From positions 192,001-256,000 of the forward strand of contig CAWAUM010000007.1 of the NCBI GenBank assembly GCA_963785235.1: 64,000 nucleotides of DNA, written 5' to 3'. The notes under the pieces are model-generated. The model saw only the letters and a list, made by a program, of their open reading frames with translations, did not search any database and was not told the origin of the DNA. This DNA comes from an uncultured delta proteobacterium. Lineage in GTDB: Bacteria > Desulfobacterota > Desulfomonilia > UBA1062. How positions within the stretch are numbered: position 1 is the first letter of the stretch; every line of letters begins with the position of its first letter. Shown in pieces: positions 25,315 through 37,880 of the stretch. The position numbers and the translations under genes were made by a program.

Positions 25315-25444
25315 CAATGAGTCGCTTGAACAGGGTTCAGCAAAGGAAATGATTGAGTGGATAGTTTTTATAGTATACCCTCAGAAAATACCGGCATTAA
25401 CCGGTGGGGATATATCCAAAAAATACTGTATGGAGGACGGTTAC

Positions 25445-26776
25445 ATGTTTAATTGCAAGACAAGTAATGACGTACTCAAGGCGGTTAAAGAGCATAAGGT
25501 CAGCTTTATCCAGTTCTGGTTCACCGATGTCCTGGGCAGACTCAAAAGCTTCAATATCACACCATTGGAACTTGAAGAGGGACTCGAAGAGGGCATGGGG
25601 TTTGATGGATCATCCATAGAAGGGTTTGCCCGCATCCATGAGAGCGATATGATCGCCAAGCCTGATGTAACCACCTTCCAGCTGGTGCCCTGGAGGCCCT
25701 CGGATAAGCCGGTTGCGCGCATGATCTGTGATATCCAGAACCCTGACGGCACACCGTATGACGGCGACCCGCGCTATGCCCTGAAAAGGGTTATCAAGAA
25801 GGCATCGGACAAGGGGTATACCTGTTACCTGGGACCCGAGCTGGAATACTTTTACTTTGCCGATGACAAGGGTACCCAGATCCTTGACAAGGGCGGCTAC
25901 TTCGACGGCCTTCCCATTGATGCCGGCACCGAGATGAGGAGAGACACCATCTTCGCACTGCAGGACATGGGGATAGGTGTGGAATACAGCCATCATGAGG
26001 TTGCGCCGTCCCAGCATGAGATCGATCTGAAATACTCAGAGGCGCTGAAGATGGCCGATATCGTCATGACCTACCGCACAGCAGTCAAGGAGATAGCCCG
26101 TCAGAAAGGAGTTTATGCCACCTTCATGCCCAAGCCCATTGCAGGTGAGAACGGCAGCGGCATGCACGTGCACCAGTCTCTTTTCAAAGGAAAAGAGAAT
26201 GCCTTTTTTGATGCCAAGGACAAGTATCATCTATCAAAGATCGGCAAGAGCTACATTGCGGGCATACTTGTCCATGCACCTGAGCTCTGTGCCATAACCA
26301 ATCAGTGGGTGAACTCCTATAAGAGGCTTGTGCCAGGTTATGAGGCCCCGGTTTATGTGGCCTGGGCCCGCAGGAACCGTTCCGCCATGGTCAGGGTGCC
26401 CATGTACAAGCCCGGCAAGGCCAATGCCACAAGGGCCGAGTTCAGGGCCCCGGACCCTGCCTGCAATCCGTACCTGGCATTTGCGGTACAGCTCGCTGCA
26501 GGACTTGAAGGCATTGATAAAAAATATGTACTGCCTGAGCCGGTAGAGGAAGACATCTTTGAAATGGATGAGAAGGCCCGTGCAAAGGCCGGAATTATCT
26601 CGCTTCCAGGCAGCCTCTTTGAGGCGATTCAGGAAATCTCCAGGAGCAAGCTTGTACGGAATGCACTTGGCGATCATATCTTCGATAAGTTCATAGAGAA
26701 CAAGAAGAAGGAGTGGGACGCATTCCGGATTCATGTGAGCAAGTATGAGATTGACACGTATCTCCCTGTGCTATAG
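25445..26776 (+). CDS. glnA: Glutamine synthetase type I (alpha-like)
   Basis: FTDVLG, FDGSSIEGF, GPELEYF, HHEVAPSQHE, ATFMPKP, NGSGMHVH, NSYKRLVPGYEAP, RNRS..RVP, EFRAPD; GGAGG RBS before ATG 25445. Confidence 0.97.
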   Translation: MFNCKTSNDVLKAVKEHKVSFIQFWFTDVLGRLKSFNITPLELEEGLEEGMGFDGSSIEGFARIHESDMIAKPDVTTFQLVPWRPSDKPVARMICDIQNPDGTPYDGDPRYALKRVIKKASDKGYTCYLGPELEYFYFADDKGTQILDKGGYFDGLPIDAGTEMRRDTIFALQDMGIGVEYSHHEVAPSQHEIDLKYSEALKMADIVMTYRTAVKEIARQKGVYATFMPKPIAGENGSGMHVHQSLFKGKENAFFDAKDKYHLSKIGKSYIAGILVHAPELCAITNQWVNSYKRLVPGYEAPVYVAWARRNRSAMVRVPMYKPGKANATRAEFRAPDPACNPYLAFAVQLAAGLEGIDKKYVLPEPVEEDIFEMDEKARAKAGIISLPGSLFEAIQEISRSKLVRNALGDHIFDKFIENKKKEWDAFRIHVSKYEIDTYLPVL

Positions 26777-26787
26777 ATGATGACCTC

Positions 26788-26817
26788 AGCTGCCCGGGCT
26801 TATGTGTCCGGGCAGCT
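26788..26817 (+). terminator. Hairpin after glnA (possible terminator or stabiliser)
   Basis: AGCTGCCCGGGC-TTATGT-GTCCGGGCAGCT stem, 11 bp after the stop; weak U tract. Confidence 0.5.
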
Positions 26818-26855
26818 TCATAATATCTAAGAGAGCGAGAACAGGAGTCAGGCAG

Positions 26856-27998
26856 TTGTTTGGAAAGCTGAAGAATCCCGCAGTCCTGGTACTTGAAGAT
26901 GGTGCCGTTTTTCGAGGGAGCGCTTTTGCCGGTACAGGTGACTGCCTTGGAGAGGTCGTCTTCAATACCGGCATGACCGGCTACCAGGAAGTCCTCACCG
27001 ACCCATCGTATAAGGAACAAATCCTTGTCATGACCTATCCCCTTATGGGGAATTACGGGGTCAGCCTAGAAGACATGGAATCTCTTCATATCCACATGGA
27101 AGGGTTCATTGTAAGGGAGTATCAAAACAATCCAAGCAATTGGCGTTCAATAAAAACATTGCAGGAATTCCTTGAAGACAATGGCAAGATAGGTGTTGAA
27201 GATATTGATACCAGGGCGTTGACGCGCCGTATCCGTACCCAAGGGGCCATGCGTGGCATAATCTCCACGAGGGTAGGGCATATAGACGAACTCCTTGAAA
27301 AGGTCCGCGAATACCCCGGGCTCGTAGGCAGGGATATCGTGAAGGATGTCACCTGTCTGGAGCCTTATATCTGGCAAGACAATACAAAGGTGGCCATAGA
27401 GGCCCTGAGAGCAAAGTCAAACAGGCTTCGTGTGGTGGTAGTGGACTGCGGGGTCAAGCTCAATATATTAAGGATGCTCGACGGACATGGCTGTGAAGTT
27501 ATTGTTGTGCCTGCAGGGACTCCTTCAAAGGTAATCATGTCCATGAACCCTGACGGTGTGCTTCTTACGAACGGTCCGGGTGACCCGGCACCACTGACGT
27601 ATCTGATTGATACCGTGAAAGAAATGCTCGGAAGAATCCCCATATTCGGCATCTGTCTGGGGCATCAGATACTGGGCCAGGCAGTGGGAGGAAGAACGGC
27701 AAAGCTGAAATTCGGACATCACGGCATTAACCAGCCTGTAAAAAACCTCAGGACAGGCCGGGTGGAAATCTCTTCCCAGAATCACGGATTTGTTGTCCTT
27801 GCTGAAACTTTACCGGAAGACACACAGATCACCCACATCAATTTAAACGATAATACTCTGGAGGGTCTTGGTTACCCCGGCATGCAGGCTTTCAGTGTGC
27901 AGTATCACCCAGAGGCTGCGCCTGGTCCGAAAGATTCCGGTTATCTGTTCCGGGAATTCATTGAACTCATGGAGCAGCATATTATGAGAGCAGCCTAG
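26856..27998 (+). CDS. carA: Carbamoyl-phosphate synthase small subunit
   Basis: GEVVFNTGMTGYQE.LTDPSY, NGPGDP, GICLGHQ, SQNHGF, QYHPEAAPGP; start assumed at TTG 26856 after AGGAG. Confidence 0.95.
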   Translation: MFGKLKNPAVLVLEDGAVFRGSAFAGTGDCLGEVVFNTGMTGYQEVLTDPSYKEQILVMTYPLMGNYGVSLEDMESLHIHMEGFIVREYQNNPSNWRSIKTLQEFLEDNGKIGVEDIDTRALTRRIRTQGAMRGIISTRVGHIDELLEKVREYPGLVGRDIVKDVTCLEPYIWQDNTKVAIEALRAKSNRLRVVVVDCGVKLNILRMLDGHGCEVIVVPAGTPSKVIMSMNPDGVLLTNGPGDPAPLTYLIDTVKEMLGRIPIFGICLGHQILGQAVGGRTAKLKFGHHGINQPVKNLRTGRVEISSQNHGFVVLAETLPEDTQITHINLNDNTLEGLGYPGMQAFSVQYHPEAAPGPKDSGYLFREFIELMEQHIMRAA

Positions 27999-28111
27999 AC
28001 ACTTGTCCCATATGCCGCTACAATGATATACAAGGCAACCCAAGAGGTGACAGTTGGGTAGCCTCGAAGACGTGAACCCATGAAAAGTTCTGTGAAAAAG
28101 GGGCGTCCATA

Positions 28112-31100
28112 TTGAATGGCCTTATGAGAAGACTGCTGGAGATAAAAAGATGGAAGGTCTCGGCTGGAACACGTCCCAGGGATCTGACAGGACCGGGTGT
28201 TATCTTTTTCCCGATCCTTGATAATTTCCTTTCCTGCGGACTTGCCGGTTTTATCACTATCAAGGGTGGGAAAATTACGGGTAAAGATGGTATTCCCGAA
28301 AGTATGGCGGCACATATCGATGAAGTGTGCGGTCATGATATCACCAAGCTGATCAAAGGAAAGACGGAGTGCGGCAACTACCTCAAACCGGATGCGCTCC
28401 AGGCACTTGAGAAGGATCTCCATTATCTGAAACAGGATGCCTGTCTCCAGCACAGACTGTGCTGTGGAAAAGGCATAGAACTTCTGAAAAAATTATCCGA
28501 CAGGCTCGTAGTATTCATCGATAAGGAAGACTCACTTATCGAGAAAGAGGCAAAGGATTTTTCCGTCAGGTGATCTTGAGGTCATTGCCTCCCGTATGAT
28601 TGCCTTAAAGGACTTCGCCTGGGCATTAAGGGAGGATATCCTTAAGAATCAGGATCAAGATTCTGGACCTTGCAGGGGCCAAGGCCCTGGAGGATGAGAA
28701 CTACTACTGCCGCTATCACAAGATAAATTCCTGTCTGAATGCCCTGGACAGGCTTGAGGTCAGGGGGCGGGACTCGGCAGGGTTGCAGGTGATGGTGAAA
28801 TTCAAAAAGCTTGAGGCTATGGACTCCCTGCGGCATACCCTTGAACAGCAGGGCCTCTGTGACCAGTTCATCTTAAGGTGCTCTCCGAGTGACCTTCTTG
28901 ACGGTTCCATTCATCATGGTGATACCGTAATTACCTTCACCTACAAAACCGCCCAGATCACGGGCCAGCTTGGAGACAACACCAATAAGCTGAGGAACTA
29001 TATCAAGAATGATCATATCCTGAGGGCGGCCCTTTCTTTGGATGCCGATTCGGAGGCATATCTGTCCCACACAAGGTGGGCATCCGTGGGCGCCATCAAC
29101 GAGATCAACTGCCACCCGGTGAACAGCCATACCATCTACATGACGGCCGAACCCGTGAACGGCAGCGCCGGTGGTACGCAAGACATATCCTTTCTATGGC
29201 AACGGCGCCTGGACCGTCAGTGCGGCCTTAAACGGCGATATCGACAACTACCACCTCATCAAGGGCAACATGGAGACCTTCAACAGGGTCGCAGATCCCA
29301 ATGTGACCACAGACACCAAGGTGATACCCCTGCAGATCGATCGGTATCTTTACCACGGGCATGACCTGAAAGAGGCCTTTCGAAGGGCTGTGAATGATTT
29401 CGAGGGGTCGCATGCCATAGCAATGGAGAGCAACCTGGAACCCGGCAAGATATTCCTTTCACTCAAGGGCAGCGGTCAGACTATCTATGTGGGGCTTCTG
29501 CAGAATGGCTACATGTTTGCCTCCGAGGTCTATGGACTCGTTGAAGAGACCTCCCATTTCATCAAGATGGATGGAGAGACGTTCCAGGACCCGGGCAACC
29601 CCAATTCTCAGGGCCAGATCTTTATCCTGAGCAATGACAAGGGAACAGGGCTTGATGGGATTGAGGCAATGTCATACGACGGGCATCCGCTTGAGCTGAC
29701 CGAAAAGGATATCAATATCGCCCAGATCACCACCCGCGATATCAACCGCGGCGAGCATTCCCATTTCCTCATCAAGGAGATCATGGATGCCCCCCAGTCC
29801 ATCCATAAGACCCTTCTGGGCAAGTACCGCATCACCAATAAGAAAGAGGTGATATTCAACCTGGACGAAGGCGTGGTTTCTAAAAGGACACGCGAGTTCC
29901 TGACACAGGGCAGGATCAGAAATATCTATGTAGTCGGCCAGGGTACGGCGGCGGTCGCGGCCTCTGCGGTAGCTGAGGCCATATCGGCCTACCTCAAGGA
30001 TTCACCCATAAGCGTTCAGTCCAGGAAGGCCTCTGACCTGTCGGGATTCATGCTTGATGACGATATGTCGGACACCATCGTGATTGCCATTACCCAGTCG
30101 GGAACCACCACCGACACGAACCGGGCGGTCACCATGGCAAGGCAGCGCGGTGCACATCTCATAGCCATCGTGAACCGAAGACAGTCGGATATCACAACCA
30201 AGGTCGACGGTGTGTTCTATACAAGCGACGGCAGGGATATCGAGATGTCCGTTGCCTCCACAAAGGCCTTCTATTCGCAGATCGTTGCCGGATTCGTGAT
30301 TGCGCTTTTCTTTGCCAAGCTCATCAGAACATCTGCCTGATAATGTAATAGCACATGATCTCCTGGAGCTTGAAAGGGCCCCTGAACTCATGTTGAAGGT
30401 GATCAGGAAAAGGGAAGCAATCAGGAAATACGGCATGGGAACTGGTAAGGAAAAAGCAGTACTGGGCAGTGGTTGGAAGCGGCATTAACAAGGTGGCATC
30501 CGACGAAATCCGCATCAAGCTCTCCGAACTCTGTTACAAGACCATCTCTTCAGACATAATCGAGGACAAGAAGCACATCGATCTGTCCTCCGAGCCCCTT
30601 ATCCTGGTATGCGCAGCAGGAAGTCCCGAGATGGTCCTGGAAGACATTGTTAAAGATGTGGCCATATTCAAGGCCCATTCCGCGGCTGTGGTGGTAATTA
30701 CCGACGAAGGAGAGCACCGGTTTGACGCCGTCTCGGATGAGGTCATCCGTGTCCCCAGGGCCGACTTTCCCTTATGCGTCATCTTCAATACCCTTGCAGG
30801 CCACCTCTGGGGATACTATGCAGCGTGCAGCCTTGATTCCCTTGCTCAGTCCATGAAGGCCTTCAGGACACGCCTGGCCGAGGTGTCGATGGCACAGGAA
30901 AAGAAGGAATACACTATCTACGAGAGTATGCAGGACAGGGAACTGCATAGTGTCGTAGACGAATTTGCTTTGGACTTCAATGGGTGGCGTAACAGCGGGC
31001 AGCTTACCTCTTTGAGTGTGGAGGTGGCCTCGGACATGTCGTTGCTGCTGAAGTATGCCAAGGGGAAGCTCCCCGTGGAGGACTTCTGGTCGGAGTTCGA

Positions 31101-31842
31101 GAACAAGCGCGTCTCTTCATCACCCATAGACATGCTTGACCTCACCCTGAAAAGGGCCATTGATGAGCTCTCACGGCCTGTGGACGCCATACGGCACCAG
31201 GCAAAGACCGTTACCGTCGGCACAAGCAGGAAGGCCGAGGCCCAGCATGGGCCGATATTCGATGTATTCGGCGAGCTCGGTTTTTCCATAGAGAATGTCC
31301 GGGCCAAGGATGTGATTATCATCAAGAGGCTTCAGAATGCCCTTTCAGCGGTCAAGGGATATACCCTCTACGAGGTCGGCGGCCTCGATGAGCAAGGGAT
31401 ACCTACGGATGCCTCCACTTTGAAAATCGTATCCAGGCATGGGGTAACACAGACCATGCCTTCCCGGTATGACAAACCGGGCCCCTTGAGGGGCACCAAG
31501 AATACCATTGTAAGGACCGGTAAGGTGTATGCTGGCATAGGCAGGTCAGACAATGCACCTATCGTTATCGTGCCTGTCTTCGGGCAGCAGCGCATCATTA
31601 CCCATCTTCTCCTGCTCCAGGTGGACTTCGACGAGGGGCTTGGCATTGAACAGAAGAAGGAGACTCTGGGCCTGAAGCTTAACGATATTACGAATATTAT
31701 CAATGAGTATAACATACCATGGAAAGATGAGTTTCTTGAGGGCTTGCCACTCAAATATCTCCTCAATGAAGATGTGGAGGTCATAGCCAAAAAGATCAGG
31801 TCATCCCTTGAATGGCTATTAGACAGGCCTAAAAAGTTATGA
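28112..31842 (+). CDS. Large GlmS-like protein (GATase-II plus SIS domains with long insertion and C-terminal extension); about five frameshifts
   Basis: CGLAGF, RGRDSAG, HTRWASVG..NCHP, NGDIDNY, TDTKV, FASE, KEIMD, AITQSGTTTDT, SVASTKAF, IKLSELCY, HQAKTVTV motifs in successive frames. Confidence 0.75.
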
Positions 31843-31885
31843 TGCTCCCACAGAATGATACAGGAACGAAGACATAAGGTGCAGC

Positions 31886-34800
31886 ATGCCCAAACGGACA
31901 GACATCAAGAAGATTCTCATCATAGGCAGCGGGCCCATCATCATATCCCAGGCATGTGAGTTCGACTACTCCGGGGTACAGGCCTGCAAGGCCCTCAGAG
32001 AGGAGGGTTATTCCGTAGTCCTCATCAACTCCAACCCTGCCACCATCATGACGGATCCCGGCATGTCCGACCGAACCTACATTGAGCCCATCACCCCTGA
32101 GATGATTGAACTGATCATAGAAAAGGAAAGGCCGGACGCCATCCTTCCCACCCTGGGCGGTCAGACGGGTCTCAACGTTTCGGTTGAGCTCGCATCCCGC
32201 GGGGTGCTTGCGCGTTATGGCGTAGAGATGATCGGGGCGAATCCGGAAGTCATCCACAAGGCCGAAGACCGTGAGCTCTTCCGCAAGGCCATGGAGAAGA
32301 TCGGCCTGAGGGTTCCCAGGAGCGGTTTTGCACGGAGCATGGATGATGTTTTCACCATTGCCCAGGACATCGGTTATCCCATTATCGTCAGGCCGTCATT
32401 CACCCTCGGAGGTATCGGCGGCGGAATTGCGTACAATCCGCGAAGACCTCGAGGGCATTGCCAGGAGCGGGCTTGATGCGAGCATGATCCGCGAGATCAT
32501 GATCGAAGAGTCGGTCATCGGGTGGAAGGAATTCGAGCTCGAGGTGATGCGGGACAAGGCCGACAATGTGGTGATCATCTGCTCCATTGAAAACATGGAC
32601 GCCATGGGCGTACATACCGGAGACTCCATCACCGTGGCTCCCGCCCAGACGCTGACGGATGTCGAATACCAGCGCCTTCGGGATGCGGCCATTGCCATCA
32701 TGCGTGAGATAGGCGTGGAGACCGGCGGGTCAAATGTCCAGTTCGCCATCAACCCGGTAGACGGAGAGCTCGTGGTAATCGAGATGAACCCACGCGTCTC
32801 CAGGTCGTCCGCCCTGGCCTCCAAGGCAACGGGTTTCCCCATTGCCAAGATCGCTGCCAAGCTCGCTGTGGGCTATACCTTGGACGAGATACAGAACGAC
32901 ATCACCAAGGAGACCTTTGCCTCCTTTGAGCCTACCATTGATTACTGCGTAGTGAAGATCCCCAGGTGGACCTTTGAAAAATTCCCCGAGACCCCGGACC
33001 TTCTCACCACCTCCATGAAGTCGGTGGGAGAGACAATGGCCATAGGGAGGACCTTCAAGGAGGCCCTGAACAAGGCGGTGCGGTCATTGGAGATCGGCCA
33101 GTCAGGCCTCGGCGGGATGCTCATGAAGGTGCCGCCCGAAGAGAAGAAGCAGCTCGTCACCGGGCTCACCTATCCCAACTCCAGGCGGTTGTTCTGGATC
33201 GCAGCGGCCTTCAGGTCCGCCTGGACCATTGAAGACGTAACAAGGTTGACCAAGATAGACCCATGGTTCCTTTACCAGATCAAGGAGCTGGTAGATGCCG
33301 AGGCTGAAATCGTATCTTCGGCGGATTGACGGACAAACCCTGTACGAGGCCAAGAGGCTGGGCTTCTCGGACCGCTACCTTGCGCATCTGTGGGACACGA
33401 CAGAGAAGGCTGTCCGGGAGCTCAGGTATGACAACGGGCATAATCCCGGTCTATAAGCTCGTTGATACCTGCGCCGCCGAATTTGAGGCCTATACCCCCT
33501 ACTATTACTCCACGTACGAAGATGAAGACGAGTCGAACCCTTCGTCACGGCCCAAGGTGGTCATCTTGGGCGGCGGCCCCAACCGGATCGGCCAGGGCAT
33601 TGAGTTCGATTACTGCTGCGTCCATGCATCGTTTGCTCTGAGAGAGATGGGTTATGAGAGCATCATGATCAACTCCAACCCTGAAACCGTAAGCACTGAC
33701 TATGACATCTCGGACAAGCTCTTTTTCGAGCCGCTCACCCTGGAGGATGTCCTGCATGTGATCAGGCGTGAGAAGCCCATGGGCGTAATCGTACAGTTCG
33801 GCGGGCAGACCCCGTTGAACCTCGCCAGGGGTCTCTTTGAGGCCGGGGTGCCCATACTCGGCACATCGCCCGATGCCATCGACCGTTCCGAGGACCGGCA
33901 GCAGTTTCTTGAAATCGTGAAAAAGCTGAACCTGAAACAGCCGGCCAATGGTACCGTGGTCAGCGTGGAAGAGGCGCTCAAGGTTGCCGAGCAGGATCGG
34001 ATACCCGGTGCTCGTGAGACCTTCCTATGTGCTGGGCGGACGGTCCATGGAGATCATCTACGATCCTGATACGTTAAAGATCTTTATGGCCCAGGTGCTT
34101 GAACTCTTCCCTGACAACCAGATCCTCATCGACAAGTTTCTGGAAGACGCCATTGAGGTGGATGTGGATACCCTGAGCGACGGCAAGGATGCCGTCATCT
34201 GCGGCATTATGGAACACATAGAGGAAGCGGGCATCCATTCCGGTGATTCCGCCTGTGTGCTTCCGCCCATTACCTTGTCTAAAAAGATCATAGAGCTCAT
34301 CGAGAAGCAGACAAAAATGATCGCATCCGAACTGGGCGTGGTAGGCCTCATGAACATCCAGTATGCCATCAAGGACGGTGAATTATTTATTCTCGAGGTC
34401 AATCCCAGGGCCTCGCGGACCGTGCCTTTTGTGAGCAAGGCGATCGGCGTGCCCATAGCCAAGCTGGCCACCAAGGTAATGCTGGGCCACAGCCTGGCGG
34501 AACTCGGCTTCACCAAGAAGATCAACCCGGCGCATGTATCGGTCAAGGAATCCGTGTTCCCCTTTAAAAGGTTCCCCAATATCAACATCGCCCTGGGGCC
34601 CGAGATGAAGTCCACCGGCGAGGTCATGGGCATTGACACCTCCTTTGAGCTGGCATTCGCCAAGTCCCAGATTGCCGCCGGGGCTGAGCTGCCCACATCC
34701 GGGGCCGTTTTTATCAGCGTTCACGATTTTTACAAGGAGCGGATCGTTCCGGTGGCGCGTTCATTCGCCGATCTGGGTTTCACCATCATGTCCACCACCG

Positions 34801-35100
34801 GTACCGCGGCATACCTGAACAGCCATGGGGTGGATGTGCAGACCGTTCTCAAGGTGAGCGAGGGCAGGCCCAATGTGATGGATTATATCAAAAACGGACA
34901 GATCCAGCTCATCATCAATGCATCAATAGGAAGGAAGCCCACGGAAGACGCCCATAAGCTGCGTCAGAGCGCCATCCGGTACAATATACCCTATTCCACG
35001 ACCATTGCCGCCTCACGTGCTTCAAGCGAGGCCATCAGGGCGCTCCAGGGCAATCAATTGCAGGTTCAGCGCACTGCAGGATTACTTCTCATGAGGGGGA
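31886..35100 (+). CDS. carB: Carbamoyl-phosphate synthase large subunit (several frameshifts; 3' end approximate)
   Basis: [77 protein letters not shown]-terminal MGS domain. Confidence 0.95.
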
Positions 35101-35175
35101 GGCCTAAAAAAGATTATTTCTTCACGGTCCCTATCTTGACACTAGAGAATCTATAGATTAGATTAGGAGCATCAC

Positions 35176-36795
35176 ATGGCCACAAACATGTCCACCAAGT
35201 ATATCTTTATAACCGGTGGCGTTCTATCCTCTCTTGGCAAGGGACTTGCCGCAGCCTCCATCGGAGCCATCATGGAGGCCAGAGGACTGAAGGTCTGCAA
35301 CATCAAGCTGGACCCCTACATCAATGTAGACCCCGGCACCATGAGCCCGTTCCAGCATGGCGAGGTCTTTGTGACCGATGACGGCGCCGAGACGGACCTT
35401 GACCTGGGCCACTACGAGCGGTTCACCTCCTGCGTGCTCACGGCAAAGAACAACTTCACCACCGGAAAGATCTACGATTCGGTTATCCAGAAGGAGCGCA
35501 ACGGCGAATACCTCGGCAAGACGGTCCAGGTGATCCCGCACATCACTGACGAGATAAAGGATCGCATCAAGGCGGCTGCCGTGGGTAACGACATCGCCAT
35601 CGTGGAGATCGGCGGCACCGTGGGCGATATCGAATCGCTCCCCTTCCTGGAGGCCATCCGCCAGTTCGGCTTCGACATGGGCAAGGTCAATGTGCTCTAT
35701 ATCCACCTTACCCTGGTCCCCTATATCGCAACGGCAGGCGAGCTCAAAACCAAGCCCACCCAGCACTCGGTCCAGAAGCTCCGCGAGATCGGCATCCAGC
35801 CCCAGATCCTGCTCTGCCGCTCGGAGAAGATGCTCACCAACGAGATGAAGGAGAAGATCTCGCTTTTCTGCAACGTGGAAAAGAACGCGGTCATCAATGC
35901 CATAGATGTGAAGAGCATCTACCAGGTACCCATCGTGTATCATAACGAAGGCCTTGACGACAGGATAGTGGAGTATCTCAACATGTGGACCAGGGCCCCC
36001 ATGATGCAGAAGTGGGATGATCTGTTCGAGCGCATCAAGGGCAGGACCCAAGAGGTGAACATTGCAGTGGTGGGCAAGTATGTGACGCTGACCGATTCGT
36101 ACAAGAGCCTGAACGAGGCCCTTGAGCATGGCGGCATATCGGGCAACACGAAGGTGAACCGGATCTTTGTGGATGCGGATGATCTGGTGGGCAAGGACGA
36201 CCTGTCATCATACTTTGACGGCATCGACGGCATCCTCATCCCCGGCGGCTTCGGCGAGCGCGGCACCGAAGGGAAGATCCTTGCCGCCGGGTATGCCCGG
36301 ACGCACAAGGTCCCTTACTTCGGAATCTGTCTGGGTATGCAGCTTGCCGTAGTGGAGTTCGCCAGGAACATCTGCTCGCTGAAGTCGGCAAACAGCACGG
36401 AGTTCAACAAGGATTGTTCAGAACCGGTCATCGATTACCTGCCCGAGCAGCGACATATCACCCGCAAGGGCGGCACCATGAGGCTCGGGGCATACCGGTG
36501 CACCGTGGCGAGCGATACGAAAGCCATGAAGGCATACGGGTTGACAGAGATCTCCGAGCGTCACAGGCACCGCTACGAGTTCAATCCCGACTATGAGAAG
36601 CAACTCTCGGATGCCGGTCTGATCATAAGCGGAAGGAACCCTGAGACGTCATTGGTGGAAATAATTGAGCTCCCTGACCACCCATGGTTCCTGGGCTGCC
36701 AGTTCCACCCGGAGTTCAAGTCCAAACCCATGCAGCCTCATCCCCTGTTCAGGGATTTCATAAAGGCGAGCCTGGAGTTCAAGAAATCCAAGTAA
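35176..36795 (+). CDS. pyrG: CTP synthase
   Basis: [58 protein letters not shown]. Confidence 0.98.
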   Translation: MATNMSTKYIFITGGVLSSLGKGLAAASIGAIMEARGLKVCNIKLDPYINVDPGTMSPFQHGEVFVTDDGAETDLDLGHYERFTSCVLTAKNNFTTGKIYDSVIQKERNGEYLGKTVQVIPHITDEIKDRIKAAAVGNDIAIVEIGGTVGDIESLPFLEAIRQFGFDMGKVNVLYIHLTLVPYIATAGELKTKPTQHSVQKLREIGIQPQILLCRSEKMLTNEMKEKISLFCNVEKNAVINAIDVKSIYQVPIVYHNEGLDDRIVEYLNMWTRAPMMQKWDDLFERIKGRTQEVNIAVVGKYVTLTDSYKSLNEALEHGGISGNTKVNRIFVDADDLVGKDDLSSYFDGIDGILIPGGFGERGTEGKILAAGYARTHKVPYFGICLGMQLAVVEFARNICSLKSANSTEFNKDCSEPVIDYLPEQRHITRKGGTMRLGAYRCTVASDTKAMKAYGLTEISERHRHRYEFNPDYEKQLSDAGLIISGRNPETSLVEIIELPDHPWFLGCQFHPEFKSKPMQPHPLFRDFIKASLEFKKSK

Positions 36796-36879
36796 AGGGC
36801 TTAAAAACCGGCCATGTTTGATCGGTGCAGTAAAGGACGGGTTATTCGTATTAAATCCTGTGAAGAAGGACCTTCCATG

Positions 36880-36948
36880 CGTCATTCCCGCGAAGGCGGG
36901 AATCCAGTATTTAAAGCTATCTGGACCCCCGCCTTCGCGGGGGTGACG
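36880..36948. repeat. CGTC-type REP dimer (inverted pair)
   Basis: CGTCATTCCCGCGAAGGCGGGAATCCAG...CTGGACCCCCGCCTTCGCGGGGGTGACG between convergent genes. Confidence 0.8.
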
Positions 36949-36969
36949 GTATTTTATTCAGTATTGCAA

Positions 36970-37875
36970 TCACTTCAAAAGAAAGATCCGAATGCCTGCC
37001 ATCAAAGGCCCGGGAAGCAGCGAGTAAGCCCCTGATGCCTCGGCCACCGGCGTGAATCCACACTGGCTGCACACGACCTCCCCACGGTCCTTCACATAGC
37101 AACCGAGAATTATTCTGCCGTCAGGGCTGACGTTGGCCAGAAGCCTATCGCGGCACGACCAGGAGTTGTCGATCATGGCATTCAGGCCCCATGCGGAATT
37201 GAGGATGGGGTAACCCTCTTTCTTGAGGGTAAGTACCTTGTTCAAGACGAGTTTTCTCTCTTCACCTGTAAGGGCCAGAGCCTTTTCACCCTGACCATAC
37301 GGGTAGAAGAGCTGGAACGTAATACCTCTGACTGTAGGAATGGATGAGACCTCCCGGACAATCTCCGCGCATTCTTTGTAATTGAGACGGTTCAGCGTTA
37401 TGTGGATGAAGAGTTTCGAATGTTTTGCCGCTTTCACGTTCTCGATCACACGATCATAGGAGTTGCTTCGGAGATGATTGTGGATATCTCTCTGCCCGTC
37501 CACGCTCACCCAGAGAATATCCGTCGGGCAATCGAGATTCAGTGTCCCGTTTGTGGTGGCGGCAACGCAAGGGAACTCTTCCCGGGCGTAATTCACGAGA
37601 TCATTAAAGGTATGTTTCCCATCAGACCAGAGAAGGGGCTCTCCACCTTCAAAGACCACGATGGGGCAACCCATGTCGGAAAGTGTGTCGAGAGACCTGC
37701 AGGCAGTCTCCCAGTCCATGTGTGTGCCGGTCTGGCCGGCAAGGAAATGGAACGGGCAGGCGCTGCATGCTAGGTTGCACTGATAGGTGAGCTTGAAGCT
37801 GGCAATAAGGGGGGACTCATGTCCAAGCAATCGCGTCTTGAGGAAGAAACGGAGAATTGAAAAGTATCTTCCCAT
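36970..37875 (-). CDS. Radical SAM protein with C-terminal Cys-rich extension
   Basis: CNLACSACPF (CX3CX2C), FEGGEPLL, TTNG, VSVDG; C-terminal C...C...CSQCG. Confidence 0.85.
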   Translation of the reverse strand: MGRYFSILRFFLKTRLLGHESPLIASFKLTYQCNLACSACPFHFLAGQTGTHMDWETACRSLDTLSDMGCPIVVFEGGEPLLWSDGKHTFNDLVNYAREEFPCVAATTNGTLNLDCPTDILWVSVDGQRDIHNHLRSNSYDRVIENVKAAKHSKLFIHITLNRLNYKECAEIVREVSSIPTVRGITFQLFYPYGQGEKALALTGEERKLVLNKVLTLKKEGYPILNSAWGLNAMIDNSWSCRDRLLANVSPDGRIILGCYVKDRGEVVCSQCGFTPVAEASGAYSLLPGPLMAGIRIFLLK

Positions 37876-37880
37876 GATAA

